From: Moniliella sp. 'wahieum'
Taxonomy: Eukaryota
Length of the DNA: 64,000 nucleotides
Reading direction: 5' to 3'
Assembly (NCBI GenBank): GCA_003971905.1
Contig: RSEE01000056.1
Location: 124,001-188,000 of the forward strand
Part shown: positions 23,316-37,097 of the stretch, piece by piece
Layout of the letters: every line of letters starts with the position of its first letter
Numbering within the stretch: the first letter of the stretch is position 1
The notes under the pieces: generated by a model
Databases searched by the model: none
What the model saw: the letters and a program-made list of their open reading frames with translations, nothing else
What the model was told of the DNA's origin: nothing
Made by a program: the position numbers and the translations under genes

Positions 23316-25892
23316 TGTACCCTTGCGCTCACGTGTGGTTAGTCATTGCATTGCCGAGCTGATCTGCCCTTTGGTGTCTGCATCTAGCTGCGTCGGCGTG
23401 ACCGGGTGACCCTGCAACACTGCGGCAGCGCCCGCTACTAATGTTGCGGCGTCGCCAGATACAGCTTACCTATATGCCCCTGCAGTGGCCCAGATTGGTC
23501 TGTGCGCACAGATAGGATGCGCTGCACGCGTACCTCCTTTTCATCTCCTGCTCCTCTATGATTGCATCCTGTCTCCTCACCACCACCCCTCTTGTTGCGC
23601 CCGTAGCAACTGGTATCTCATCTGCAGCCAGCACATCGCAAAGTGCTCTGTGCTACGGTGCAACAGCACTCTTCTTCCCCTGTCCACCATCATCACCATT
23701 GTTGCTGCCTGCACTGCTTACTTCCCGCCTTCCTCGTCCCGCCCCCATCGCTCGGTTCCCCTCGCCTGCTCTGTATCTGTATTACTGCCGTACGTCTCCA
23801 TTCTCGTTCCCGTCACACTCCGTCCTCTTCGCATCGTCTGTATCGCTGTTGGACGTCCACCCCCCTCCTTGCCCCATCACCTCGTCCCCCTTTCACTGTC
23901 CTCCCTGCATTGCTTCTTCCGTACGTGCTCATGTCCTCTTGCACAACAGCGCGCCGTTACTGACCTGGCCCTGCCGCCTGCATACAAAGACTCCACCTAG
24001 CGGGACATCTGGTCCTTGTTTCATCTGTTGGTTCGCAGTGCCATCGTACGTAGCCGCTTCCTCAGCATTCCCCTCACTCCTGCTGATCTTGTGGGTCGCA
24101 TGCGTGATGTGCATGCGCCGTCTCGCTTGCCTTTGACCCATTCTTGTCCGTCTGCTCACTTTGGCTGTCTCGCTCACATGGTTTGCCTCGCCTGTGGTCT
24201 TCTCGCTTGGCTGGTCTGCCTTGCCATCGTACGCCCCCCGTCCTTCGGGCTTGCAGTTGTCCTTCCACTGACACTGTCTGCCCAGCTGCTGCATGCACGG
24301 AATCCCCCGGTTGGGTCGTCTCGCGTTGTTTTCGGCTCGACTCATCTGACCCGTTTCGCGGTCGTACGTCCCTTCTGTTCTATGCCGACGCTGTTCCTGA
24401 CCTTTTGTTCGCTCCAATCGTGTGCATTCCGACTTCACCCTGCTTGTCCTCGCTACTGGCTTACTTGATCGTCTGTCTCGTGGGTCCGTCGCACATTTTC
24501 TGCGTCTCTCGTTTTAACCCTGTACTGCGGCTGACTTTTGGCGAGCTTCTCCCTAGTGCGCGCTCCCCTGACACTAACCTGTCACTTTCTGTGCCGCTCA
24601 CTGCTCTACTACGTTGTGGCACTTCCGTCTTAAGTACGTCGCACGTAACCGTGGTTGCCGTGGAATCACTTCCCAGCGATCTTCGAACGCACTCTATTAG
24701 TACCTACAAAAAATAACTGCCTGCCTGTAAATTGCTACTAGTTCTGCATCGATGCCAGCCCCAACCAGCCAGCCGGGTAGAGAGGCTACAAGCACGCATC
24801 CAATCAACAGCTAAGCGTTTGGGCGCATATGGGCTAAGCGCTTGATTGCATGTGGCCAAAGCCCTTAGCCTCATGTGGCCAAAGTGTCCCAACGCTCCAT
24901 CGGGAGGGTTACTTCATTCTTGGCTGATGATGTGGTTGGCCAAAGCAACATATTAATTTTTTTCATGCCCGCCCGTGGGGTTTGCTCGACCGAGGTTTCT
25001 ACCCATTATGGGCCCGCATTTGGGCCCGCCTTTGGTTGGTTGATTGTGCGTGCATCTCATCTTGCTCTGCACGGCAGTTGTGCACGGTCCTCTTGTTTTG
25101 TCTGTCCGTACGGCACACCACGTTTGCGCATTAAATGTAGGATGAGAGATTGGTGTTGAACAACTTCAACGTTGAACGTTGAAGCTCGATGGTGAACTCC
25201 AGGGCGAGAGACTGCCGGGGCACGTTGGCCTGAGGGCGTAGGAGGTGAGCATAGAGCAAGAGCTGCGCTGAGCTGCGGCCAATAAGATATTGATGTGGTG
25301 AAAAAGAAAAGCGAAAAGCGGCTGTGCGCGTGGGGAAGCGGACATTTGCATGTGTCACTAGGCCACCATAAGCTGCATGTCACCGTGCGCGCGATAAAAG
25401 ATGGTGATGCATCGCTCCAGGCACCACCGGCACCACAGCCACTCGGCATGCACCGCACAGTGTCCTGCCGCCTGGCGCGTTGACTGGTGCCTGGCCGGGT
25501 GGCAACGGTGACCGGTGAGGCGCCCAGGCACCGGTAGTCGATAGCCACAGATAACTGGGCCTTCGCACAGGCCCAGTGTCCTGCCGTGTGCCTGCCCCGG
25601 CCTGATGTGTGATGTGTGACGCGTGGCATGCATGACACCTGATGCATGATGCATGATGTGCCTCCTGCCATTCTTGGCGGCATCAGTATTAGTACTGCAT
25701 CCACCCCCCTAGCCGCCTATCCACCCGACGCAGAGTTTTGCCCAGCAGTCGTCCCACTGTCGTTCCTAGGCACCCCTGCCTTCATCCCGCTGTCCCTCCT
25801 CCACCTATATCCTTCTGCCTCCGCCTCCGCCTCTGCCTCCGCCTCCGCTTTGCCTCCGCCTTCGCTCCCACCTTCTCATCCTCCTCCTCGCC

Positions 25893-28335
25893 ATGGCCGA
25901 TGCCGTCAACCATTGGCTGGCGGGCTTCAAGCTGCACCCTGCCCCTCTCGTCGACACCCCCGAGGCAGCGGCGACCCAGCCGGAACCAGCGCACTACCCC
26001 GACATCTCCAAAGCCACCACCACCACTACCTCGCACGAACATGCCCATTCTGGTGATGGAAAAATCGCTCAAGAGTGAAAGCCATGAACTGCCCCACACG
26101 ACCGAGTTGCATGGCCATTACGTCGAGGACGATGGCATGGACGGTACCTCGTCCTTGGAAGATATTGCCCCGCCGGAAGAAGGGTTGCATCGCAAGTTGA
26201 GCCAGTTCCACATCCAGATGATTGCGTTTGGTGGCAGCATTGGCACAGGGCTCTACATTGGTTCGGGATCGGGTATGCCAGTGGGGCCGGGGTTCCTCAT
26301 TCTGGACTATTGCTTGATTGGGTCCATGTTGTATTGCGTGGTAATGTGCCTCGGTGAGCTGGCAGTAATCTTCCCTGTGTCCGGCTCCTTTTCCACCTAC
26401 TCGACCCGTTTCATCTCCCCGCCTGGGGATTCGCCATGGGCTGGAACTGTAGGTCCCAATACTACCCTTTCCATCTGCTCTCTGTTTGCTACGTTCTGTG
26501 TCATGGCATGTACTCACCCGTCCCGTTCCTCTTCCAAAACCACAGACTGGATGCAATGGTTCGTCACGCTCCCCCTTGAGCTGGTGGCAGCGACGATCAT
26601 CATTCACTTTTGGGACCGTGAGCAACACATCACCCCTGGCGTGTGGGTAATCATCTGTTGGATCGTCATTGCCGTGATCAACATCTTTGGTGTTCGTGGC
26701 TATGGGGACTTTGAGGTGTTTGGCTCGGTGATCAAGATGATGTACGTATGCATACTAATGTAGTAGGATGTTGTGTGAGTGGCTGTATTACAATCGGGTA
26801 CTGACCTCTTTTCCTCTCCCTATTCCTTGCTTGCTCTGCGCTTCGCTGCTCCGGATAGCATGACTGTGGGGTTCATCATAGCCGGGATTGTAATTACAGC
26901 AGGAGGTGCACCCAACCACGACGCGGTCGGATTGCGTTACTGGAACCACGATGGCGCGTTCCTCAATGGCTTCAAGGGCTTCTGCTCTGTCTTGGTCAGT
27001 GCCGCCTTCAGTTTTTCTGGCACAGAGATGATTGGTATCACGGCAGCCGAGACGATCAATCCGCGTAAGGCGGTGCCTAAGGCGGCTCGCCAAGTGTTTA
27101 TGCGCATCATGCTCTTTTACGTCGGATCGCTGTTTATCGTCACTCTCAACATCAGTCCCCATGAACCAGGTTTGGTCGAGGGAGGCCCCAACGACCCCAA
27201 CAGTTCCCCCTTTGTGTTGGTCATCAAACAGGCTCAGATTTATGCCTTGCCATCAATCGTCAACGCGGTCATTCTCATTTCTTCCCTCTCTGTTGGAAAC
27301 ACGTCCACATATGGAGCCAGCCGGTACGTCTCCCCCCCCCCCTCTCTTCTTCAGGAGATGTGCATGGGGAATGCTGCTAACCCCCACGTGTGTGCTTCCC
27401 TCACAGCACCCTGGTTGCGCTTGCGCAGAATGGCCAGGCGCCACGCTGGTTTTCCTATGTCGACCGGGAAGGCCGGCCAATGCCGGCAGTAGCACTTTCG
27501 CTCAGTTTCGGCTTCCTCGCCTTCCTGGTCTACTCGACAAGTTCCGAAGACGTGTTCAATTGGCTCTTGGCACTCAGTGGCTTGGCGGTCATCTTCTCCT
27601 GGGGTGTGTATAATCACTTACCCCCCCCCCCCCCCTCCTCTCCCTCCCCCTCCGTGAATGCGTTCGAGGTGCCGATCCTAAACTGACTCTGGGACCTTCT
27701 GCCATCCTGTATTTTTGACTACTGTTTAGGCACGGTGTGCATTTGCCACGTTCGTTTCCGTGCTGCCTGGAAGGCAGCCGGCCGTCCGCTTGAGCTGATC
27801 CCCTGGCGCTCTCCCGTAGGGGTGGTCGGTGGGCTGTATGGTATCTTGATGTACGTATATGATTTCCTGAAGCGAGATGGGACGGTGTGGAATCTTAATA
27901 GCAGAGTACTGAACCTCGCTTCCTCTTTCTGTTTGTACATCTTGCCCCGTTGGTGTGAACAGTAACGTTCTCGTCCTCGTCTTTCAAGCGATCATTGCCA
28001 TTGCGCCCATTGGCGCCGACACCCAGACGGGCAGCGAGCGAGCCGTGACGTTTTTCCAAGCTTACCTCGCCGTGCCCGTCGTGGTGGTATTTTTGTTTTT
28101 CGGCGAGATGGATTGGGAGGCAGTGTTCCGCTCGCCATGGGAGGTCAAGTACCTTGGCACCACACCCATCTGGTACGGTCCGCATCACTGGTGGCTCCAC
28201 TCCTGGGTCCACCAAGAAGACATTGATCTCGATACGGGCCGACGCGACGCGCCCAGTCTTCGGCAACTCGAGGCCGAACGTGAAGCCGCACGACAGCTCC
28301 CACTATGGAAAAAGGTGTTGGATTTTTTCTTTTAA
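25893..28335 (+). CDS. Amino-acid permease, YAT/APC family (GAP1-like); ~5 introns
   Basis: LHRKLSQFHIQMIAFGGSIGTGLYIGSG, LGELAVIFPVSGSFSTYSTRF, FGVRGYGDFE, SAAFSFSGTEMIGITAAETINPRKAVPKA, SPFV, IDLDTGRR. Introns ~26448-26545, 26742-26858, 27324-27407, ~27605-27730 and 27851-27963. Confidence 0.95.
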
Positions 28336-29016
28336 CTTCAATCAATCGGACCGATTTGGTTTTGGTTGGTTGGTTTGTATATCCCATCCCATCCCCCCTT
28401 CCCGCTTTCCCCCACTATCATACCCGTCGCGTGTGTCTCTATGTTTTTCGCGAGTCCCCCCTGGTCTCTTCGCCACGTGGTACCCGACTACCCCCTCGTT
28501 TTGGCCGTGAATAGTGTCATGTTTTACTCAATACCGTGGTGTAACGATATCTCTCCATCTATCGATATCTATCTCTTTTCCTCCTCATTGCCTTGTCGTG
28601 CACAACTGAAGGCTATATACGCGGTTGAGGAAGAGAGATTCTTGCGAGCTATTTGTATAGCCTGCATAATGTGTGTGCATCGTATGCGTGCTATGTGGAA
28701 TCCAATAACTGTGTAACTTTGGCTCTAATTTATCCATCTTCCTCATCCTCCCTTTGCACAGCTATACTCTACTGAATCCAACAGAAGAAAAGTACTTTGG
28801 AAACTCTTCTGCAAAACGAAATGGCTCTCGCATCGCCCACCAGAAGCTCGCGCATCGAGATCATCCACTACGACCAGTACTGAGTACTGATGCCATACGA
28901 AACAGTATCATTAATCCTTTGGCGCGTTGATCTATATGATTCTCCTCTTGGATTGGACTTATCAAGCTTCAAGCTTTAAGCTACCTTCAAGCTTCAAGGG
29001 GCTACGTTATCGTCTT

Positions 29017-29118
29017 GTCGGGTTAGCTCAGATGGGAGAGCGTGAGATTGAAGCGAGCTTCAGTACCAGATCCTTATAGGATTCCTCAAGGTCCCCGGTT
29101 CGATCCCGGGACACGACA
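29017..29118 (+). tRNA. tRNA-Phe(GAA) with intron after position 37 (~29054-29082)
   Basis: D arm TAGCTCAGATGGGAGAGC, anticodon GAA at 29050-29052, T arm CCCGG-TTCGATC-CCGGG, acceptor GTCGGGT/ACACGAC, T-run terminator from 29120; intron contains CTTCAGT, complementary to the anticodon loop. Confidence 0.9.
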
Positions 29119-30508
29119 CTTTTTGGGATAGTCCTCAAGGCACGCTGTCGTCGGGGACCATTTTGCTAGAGTGCGACTTGGGAGCACTCGCAATAGCAGC
29201 CTTCAGTCAAGGCGGGACGCCTGAAGGATGGAGAGGGGAGAGAGAGGAGCGAGCAGCGTCGATCATCGATCATCGCGATCCTCATCATATCCTCTTTTGA
29301 AAAATCCCCTGTTGGCCCGACAAATAGTCACTAGTACTATAGTCATAGTCACTAGAGGAACTTAAAGCTTAAAGCTTAAAGCTTAACAGCTTAACTAGCC
29401 TATTGCTATTGGTAGCCCATGTCGGAGAAAAAGCGAGATCTGTCAGATGGCCAGTGGCAAAGCACCTGCGGCCTGCACGGTTGACCCTACGGAACGTGTA
29501 TATGGAACGCGGGGACCGGGGGCTGGTTGCGCGTTTTACGCCGCCCCACATTCAACGTGATCGTAGTGATCAATTCGTCCTCGGTGTCACGCTCCCATTT
29601 CCAATTTCTTCGTCCCAGAGCGTCGCGAGTAAACTTGCCCTGTTTTCTGTTCTCCCGCTTCGCTAGCACCATGGTCATCTTTCTTCTCATATTTTTGCTT
29701 CTTGCCAACGACCGCACGAACGACTGCTATACATCCCTGGGAGCTTGCCCACTCGTATCGACTCTGGTCGCCCTCGCGTTAAAAATACGCGTTACGCGTT
29801 ACGACTGTGCCATGTCGCATGTCAAACAACGGCGTCAGTATCCAAGGCAGACGATGCGGATGACGATGACGCGGCTGCGATGACAGGTTGGGACAACCAG
29901 TGTGGGTGGTTGGATTTGCATCCATCTCGACAGTGTGTGTTGTTGGTTGGAGTGTGCACCGTACGCGTTGAGGTTGTGTGTGCAGCGGGCCGAGATCGAT
30001 GGTGATTCAACTTGGGGGGTGAGAGAGTGGTGTATGGATGACGTGATGGGGAGGGAGGGAGCGTGGTGGGCTGGGGCGGTGGCATGTGACGGGTGAATGA
30101 GGGCGAGGGTGTGTGGGTGGGTGTGATATGGCGGTGTGATGGGCGTGTGACATGTGACAGGTGGCCTGCTGCAGCACACAACGGCAGGCTGCCAGGGGGC
30201 GGGGGCATCTGGGCATGATGCTGTGCTGTGCTGTGCTGTGCTGTGGCGGTGGCTAGTACTAGTGGCTGCTGGGAGCGTGGAGATTGAACGTTCAATCGCA
30301 GCCAGCGTCGCCCATCCCAGCCCCATCGGCCACACCCACCCACCGCTCAGCTCGGCGGCTGCTCCCGCTGCGTGCGCTGCCTTGCGCGTGTCCTTGCGTG
30401 TGGGTATCTCCACTGCCATTGCCCCCCCCCTCCATCTCCATCTCCATCTCCATCTCCATCCCATCTCCATCTCCATCCATCTCCTCATCTCCATCCCCCC
30501 CCCCCGCC

Positions 30509-33500
30509 ATGACCATGAACGACAAGCGCACCGCCGCCTTTGAGAGCATCTTTGGCCGCCCCTCCCCCGCCCCCTCCAAGCCCCTGCCCCCCCACACTCC
30601 CCGCCCACCGCTGCCCCCCGCCCCCCAAGACGCCCCTCGCGCCCATCAACACCTCCCTCGCGCCCGACCCCGCCGCCTCCGCCTCCGCCTTGGCCTCCCC
30701 GCCCACCGCGCCCCCGCGCCACTCGGCCCCCGTCCTGCCCCCGGCCGGCACCTACTACTACGCCCCGCCGCCCCCCGTCCAGCGCTGGTCCTCCGCCCTC
30801 ACCTCCTCCGCCTCCAGCTTCGACTCCCCCAGCCCCCTCCCTCCCCGCCCTCCGCCGCACCCCGTCCCTTGTACGACGCACCCGCCATCCCGCCCACCAC
30901 CAATCTCTACTCCTGGCCCACCACCGCCTCCCCCAGCAGCACTGACCTGCCCCCGCCCCCGCCCCCGCCCCCGCCCCCGGACGGCCATGCCGAGTGGGCG
31001 ACGCCCCTCTTCTCACACCTGCCGCCTCTTCGCGCAGACCCGGCCACCATTCCCGCTCCTCATCCACCGCTACCGCCACCACCATCCCGCCCCCTGCCAC
31101 CACCTCGGGCGCCCTCCCACTTGATACCACCCATCCCACCGGCCTGCCGTCCCTCTCAACCGCCAGCTCACGCAGTTCCAGCTTTGCCTGGCCCAGCATG
31201 TACCCCGGTGCGCCCCTCTCGGCACTTGCTTCCGCCATGGCCGGCGGCGTCCCGCTAGACCAGGCTCCTCCGCCCGTCTTGCTGGCTTCGTGGGAGCCAC
31301 AGCCGCCTCACTCTGCGTCTTCCCCCCGCCCGTATCTGCCGCGGCGCTTCGCGCGTCCCGACGCGCTTCCGACGCGTCTTCGGTGTTTGACGCCATCTCC
31401 ACCCCGCTCTCCAGCACCGCCGCCGACTTGCTGCGTACTACCCCCCGCGCCGATCCTATCGACTACGACGGCTTGACTGCCTCCACCTCGCGACTCTCCC
31501 TCTCCCGCAACAGCAGTGGCGCCAGTAGTGGCGTTCCACCATGGTCGAGCAGCGCAAGTGGAGGGTTGGGAACTCACGCCGGCGCCGCTGGCTCCTCGGG
31601 CCTGCGTGCTCTGACGCCCTACACCTCTTCCCACTCCATACCCGCTACCAGCTCCGATGCTTCCCCGCCTACCTTTGCCCCCCCCGTTCCTGCACACCCT
31701 TCGGCCAAGTCCCTTCCCAACACTGCAGCACCATTGGGATCAGATTACTGGCCGTCGTCGCCGCACCTCTGCTGCTGCTACGCTGCGGCCACCGCTGCCG
31801 CCGCGCCTCGGCAGCCCATCCCCCTCCCGCCTCGGGCCTTACTCCCACCACGGGCTCCCCTTCTTCCCGCAGTCAAGTTGTCCCTTCCTACTCCCCCCGC
31901 GGTGCGCCTTCCAATCTGCCCCCTTTACCTACCCCCGTGATAGCGTCGATACCAAGTGAGACGACAAGGGCCGCGTCGGGGTCAAGGTCCGCAACCGTAC
32001 GGAGCGTCGATTTCCTCCCCTTCCTCCGTTTCGGCAGCAGGAGCTGGCATCTACCCAGCTTTGATTTCCCAAGTAGCACGCGCGTTCCAAGAGCGTGTGC
32101 CTGTAACTGAGCGCACCAAGGACGGGCTGAGGTACAAGGATGCATTTGAGGGTCGTGTGGCGGTGGACAAGCTCTGTCAAATCATTCGTACCTCTGATCG
32201 CAACTTGGCACTCTTGGTCGGCCGGGCACTGGATGCACAAAGTTGTTTCACGACGTGACGTACGACCATCGTCTGCGCGACTCGGTTGTCGAACTCTATC
32301 AGTTCCGCGTCCGTCTTGCCCCTGGACCTGGACATGCGCTGGCGCCCCCCAAAGCAGACGAGATCGATGACCCTTCCTCCTCTCGCTCGCACTGGGGTCC
32401 GATACGTCTACCCCGGTTGCGAGTGCGGTTACGGGTTCAGTCCCGGTCCCCGTCCCGGTTCCGGTTGCCCAGGACCAGGAGGACGGGTTGCCAACATCCG
32501 TTTTCACCCTCTTGACCGAATGCTACTCGCCTACCTGCAGTGGCGACGGCTGTGTTATTCTATTACCTGTCCCCGCAGGCTGGAACAGCAAGCCCGTCTC
32601 CACGGCCGCTTGTCCCGGTCTACTTCTACTTCCGCGTCCGTGCCCACCCGTTCGGCCTTGGGTTTGGTCCGAGGTACCGAGGGAGGCAGGACGCTTCCTG
32701 CCTTGCCCTCTACTCCTTCCTCCACGACGGCGGCCGGTGCGGAGGTCAATGGCAATGGCCATGGCCACCTCGACGGTTCGGTGGTGGAACATGATCGGCA
32801 CGATGTGTGACGTCGGGAGCGCTGTGGGCCGAGTCGGTGCCGGCGGATGTACTGGGCTCTGTGCCTGAGAAAGAGAGGAAACGACAAGAACTGATCAACG
32901 AGGTGGTGGTGACCGAGCGCAACTTTGTGCGCGACATGGAATACTTGCGCACCGAGTGGCTCATCCCGCTCCGTTCCCGCCCCGATGTCATCCCAGCATA
33001 CAAGCGGGACGATTTTGTAACGCAACTGTTTTGGAACGTGACGGAGATTTTGGCGGTGCACCAAAAATTTTGCGAAGCGTTGGTACAGCGTACTAAGCGG
33101 GCGTACGTGGTGGACCGGATTGCAGATATCTTTCGTGCGTGGGTACCTATGTTTGAACCGTTTGTGCGGTACGCGCACCAGCTGTATGGCAAGTACGAGT
33201 TTGAGCAAGAAAAGTACCAATCCTGCGTTTGCCAAGTTTGTCGACCAGACCGAACGGCGTCCTGCTGCGCGCAAACTCGAATTGAATGGGTACCTGACCA
33301 AACCCGTTACTCGTCTTGCTCGTTACCCCACTTCTGCTCCACCAAATCCTCAAGTACACCCCGCCTGACCACCCTGACGCCGCCGACTGCCCGAGGTGAT
33401 CGACTTGATCAAGCAACTGCTCAGCCGGGTCAACTCCGAGACCGGCTTATCTGCCAACCGATTCAACTTGGCCCAGCTGGACCAGCAACTGGTCTTCAAG

Positions 33501-35878
33501 CCTGGCGAGGCTGTCGATCTCCGCCTCCGCGATCCGTCCCGCCAACTCGTCTTTCGCGGCACGTTGAAACGTAGGGCCGGCGTGCCCTCGTCCGAGTCGG
33601 CAGAACTACAGGTGTTCTATTTGATCATGCTTTGCTCTTGACCAAGCCCAAGGTGATCAATAAGCAGGAACTCTTTAAAGTTTCTCGCAAGGTACGTTGG
33701 CCTCCTGCTTTGCCTTTTGTTGCGGCACTTCTGACGTTTTGGCTTGTTTTGTTGTTGTTTTGTTTTACTTTGTTGTTTGCTTTTGGTTTCGTGGGACTAG
33801 CCCATGCCGCTGGAACTGCTGGTGGTGACAGTGTACGACGAGCTGCCGTTGACGGGCAAGACGAACCAGACCCGGGTCCGGACCACGACCACGCGCCTTT
33901 CGACGGGCCAACGACTGGAAGTGTGATCCTCACTGGTGCGCCGAAACAAGATGCCAAGCAAGGCTATGCGCTGACACTCACCTACCTCGGGCGAAAAGGG
34001 TATACGCTCACCCTTGGGCGCCCACCTACATGGCCCGACAAAAGTGGTTTGATCAAATCGAGCAGCAGCAGGACCTGCTCCGTGCCCGCAGTAACATTTT
34101 TACCGTCGTCACGTTACACTCGCCTTCTCCTCCCTCGCCTACTACCTCTCCCACCCACCCCAGCTCTTCCTCGTCCACCTCTCACTCCAACGGCGTCGAA
34201 CCGGGGAATGCAGTGCAGTGTCCCCACCTCCCTCCGCGCGACCTGTGCCGTCCCCTTCGATTTCGGTCGTCGCATCGTCGTGGCGCACAGGACGGGGTGT
34301 ACCTCTCTGAGCTGCGCCAAGGCGCACGACACCAACCAAAGTCTTACCCTTGGCCAATGTGACCCAGATCGATGTCCTAGAAGAATTCCAGGTGCTTATC
34401 GTCCTTGCCGATCGGACCTTGCACACATTTCTCCTCGATGGCCTGGACCCGCACGATCCCGTCGCCAGCCTCAACGCGGGAGACGAATCAAGGCCTAGTC
34501 ACCTTTTTCCGCGTTGGCGTCTGCTTGGGTCGAACGTTGGTGTGTGTAGTCAAGTCCTCCCCGTTGCCCAGCTCCACTATTCGCACCCTTGAACCCGTCC
34601 CTGTCCCCACCCCATCCGCCCGCTCCCACGACCACCATCCCCGTCCCCCCCCCGCACGAGACCACGGAAAGCGCCGATGGACTCGCTTCGCTCCCCACGC
34701 GGAGCGCGAGCGGCAGCGGGGGCGGGAGGGCAGTGGCAGTGGAATGGGCAGTCTGCGTCACGGTCCAAGAAACGCACTGGGTCACAGTTACACAAACTGT
34801 TCCCTGGTGCGCCGGCACACTCTACGACGCTTCCCCCTCCAGTGGGCTGGGGGGCGCGTTTGGTCCCAAGACGAGCGAAGCGTTACGGGTGTTTAAGGAA
34901 TTTTTATCCCCATGGAGTCTACCTCGGTCCACTTTCTCAAGACCAAACTCTGCATTGCGCCACCAAGGATTCGAAATCGTTGATTTGGAAACGCTCGATA
35001 CTCAGGCCCTCTTGGACCCGGCTGACCCTCGTTGGACTTTGTCTTTCGCAAGGAATCCCTTAAACCCATTGCTATCTACCGCATTCACCGTGAATTTTTG
35101 CTCTGCTACGATGGTGCGTATTTCTTCCTGGCCCTCTGATCGCTGTGAGCTGTCGCTGCGAGCTGGACAGTGCAGCATCCAGCGATTGAAGAGACGGAGA
35201 GAGAGACGGAGAGATGGAGAGACGGAGACTGACCTAGCCCCTATTTTGCTCAGAATTTGCGTTTTACGTCAACAAGACAGGCTGGCGTGCGCGGGGCAAC
35301 TGGATGGTTCAATGGGAAGGACATCCTACTGCGTTTGCACTCCACTTTCCCTACTTGCTGGCGTTTGAACCGTCGTTTATTGAGGTGCGCCACGTGGGCT
35401 CGGGCGCACTGCACCAAGTTCACAGGTACCGCAATCAAGTGCCTCTTCTCGGACGTACCCCCGGCCCCGCCCCGGCTCAACAGGCCGCTCTGCGTGCACT
35501 TTATGCTCAGTTTAACTCTCTCCAGCAGCAGCAGCAACAGCAACAGCAGCAACAGCAAAACAACAACAACAACCGAATTTGCTGTCCACCACGTCCTCTC
35601 GCACCCCGCCTCCCCAAACTACGCCTTTACACCGCTGCCGGACATGTACCCCTGGCACCTTCGGGGGGGACCGGGTGTTGCCTCCGATGCCAACGCCGCT
35701 ACCAACGTCGACGCCAACGTCCATGTCGATGTCCGCCAATATCGATGCCCATGCCTATGCCTATGCCTATGCCGATCCCTGTGAACCCAATGTGGGAATC
35801 GGCCATGCGTCTCGCACGCCCATCGTGTTTGGCGCGGGTAACTCGGTATTTTACGTCCGCCGATCCAGCTCCAAGTAA
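30509..35878 (+). CDS. ROM2: Rho1 guanine nucleotide exchange factor Rom2/Rgf1 type (DEP, DH, PH, CNH); introns ~33692-33800 and ~35114-35253
   Basis: IYPALISQVARAF..KDGLRYKDAFEGRVAVD..DRNLALLVGRALDAQ..FHDVTYDHRLRDS (DEP); KERKRQELINEVVVTERNFVRDMEYL and KLELNGYLTKPVTRLARYP (DH); VTQIDVLEEFQVLIVLAD, GFEIVDLETL and WEGHPTAFALHFPYLLAFEPSFIEVR (CNH). Confidence 0.95.
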
Positions 35879-36221
35879 CGCTGTATGTCTCACGTCTCAC
35901 GTCTCGCGTCGTGCGCCTTGCGTGTTGGGTCTTGCGGCTTGCGTGCCAAGCCTCAATTCTCAACTCGCAAGTCCCACGACGTACGTGGTACGTGGTACGT
36001 GGTACGTGCCAAGTCTCAAGGCTCACATCTTGCGTGTCAAGTTTGGGTTCGGACCCGGACCCGTTTGGTACCCCGCGGCCCGGGCATGCGGTGCGGTGCG
36101 GGTGCGTACGTCGTCGATACGTAGATGGTGACGTTCATTTTGGCGTGTCGGTGTTGGTGTCGGTGTCGGTGCCGGTTCGATGCCTTCCCGAGTCTATCTA
36201 TACCACGCCATCATGCGCCTC

Positions 36222-36420
36222 CCCGTCCCCGTCCCCGTCCCGTCCTCCTCCTCGTCCCTGTCCGTCCCGTCCCCGTTGCCATCCTCACCCCATTCCCATT
36301 CCCCATCCCATCCATCCCCATCCTCATCCCCATCCCCATCCTCATCCCCATCCCCATCCCCATCCCATCCCATCCCCATCCCATCCCCATCCCCATCCCC
36401 ATCCCCATCCCCATCCCCTT
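36222..36420. repeat. (CCCGTC)n followed by imperfect (CCCCAT)n hexamer microsatellite
   Basis: Direct reading; ~20 CCCCAT-like units at 36290-36418. Confidence 0.9.
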
Positions 36421-37097
36421 CTATCCTGCCGGGTTTCGATGCGAGACATGCTCCTTTTTTTTTATTCCCTGACCAGCTTGATCTTGGATCCGCTTGTCTC
36501 TGCCTCTCTGCCCCGCTGGGCCGTCCTGTCACGCGCGTTTTGCACCATGTCCTCTGTCCTTGTCGCCTGTCTCCATTGTCCTTTTGTATTTGGTGATGGC
36601 ACGTTGTTCCCCTTCCCTCTTTCTCCTCTTTTTCCATTTTCCCCCATTTTCCCTTTTCCATTTTCCCTTTTTCCCTTTTTCCCTTTTCCCTCTCCTCCGT
36701 CTTGATTCCGTCTGCTCTGTCCCCCGTTGTGCCTTGGCCCCATCCATCATCTTCCCTCTCTCGCCCTGCTCCCCCACCTCACACTCACACGTCTTGGTGT
36801 CGGATCCTTTTTCAGCGCATCGTGTTCTGCATACTGTTTCCCCCATTTCTTCTTCTTCCCTGCTTGGGCGCCGGCTGGGCATGTAACGTAACTTGGTCTT
36901 TCTTCATCTTCTTCCCGTTTCCCTTTGGCGGCAAGTGGCAGCTAGCCGAAAGAGAGGCAAAAAATATATGATTACCACCCCCGGCAGTCTTCCCCTGCCA
37001 ACCTCCCCCTCAACCCCCTACCTAACCGGTACCTCCTTCTCCAGCTCAACGTGAGCGGAACGTAGGATAACGTAGCGTAGTGTCGCTCGGCTTGAGC

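Noticed and set aside
23485..24716. 170-190 aa ORFs in the C/T-rich block
   Set aside because: Composition reflects nucleotide skew (Leu/Ser/Pro/Cys), with no protein-like motifs
29835..31238. Long antisense/alternative-frame ORFs (e.g. 467 aa here, and many others)
   Set aside because: Shadow ORFs of GC-rich low-complexity coding DNA
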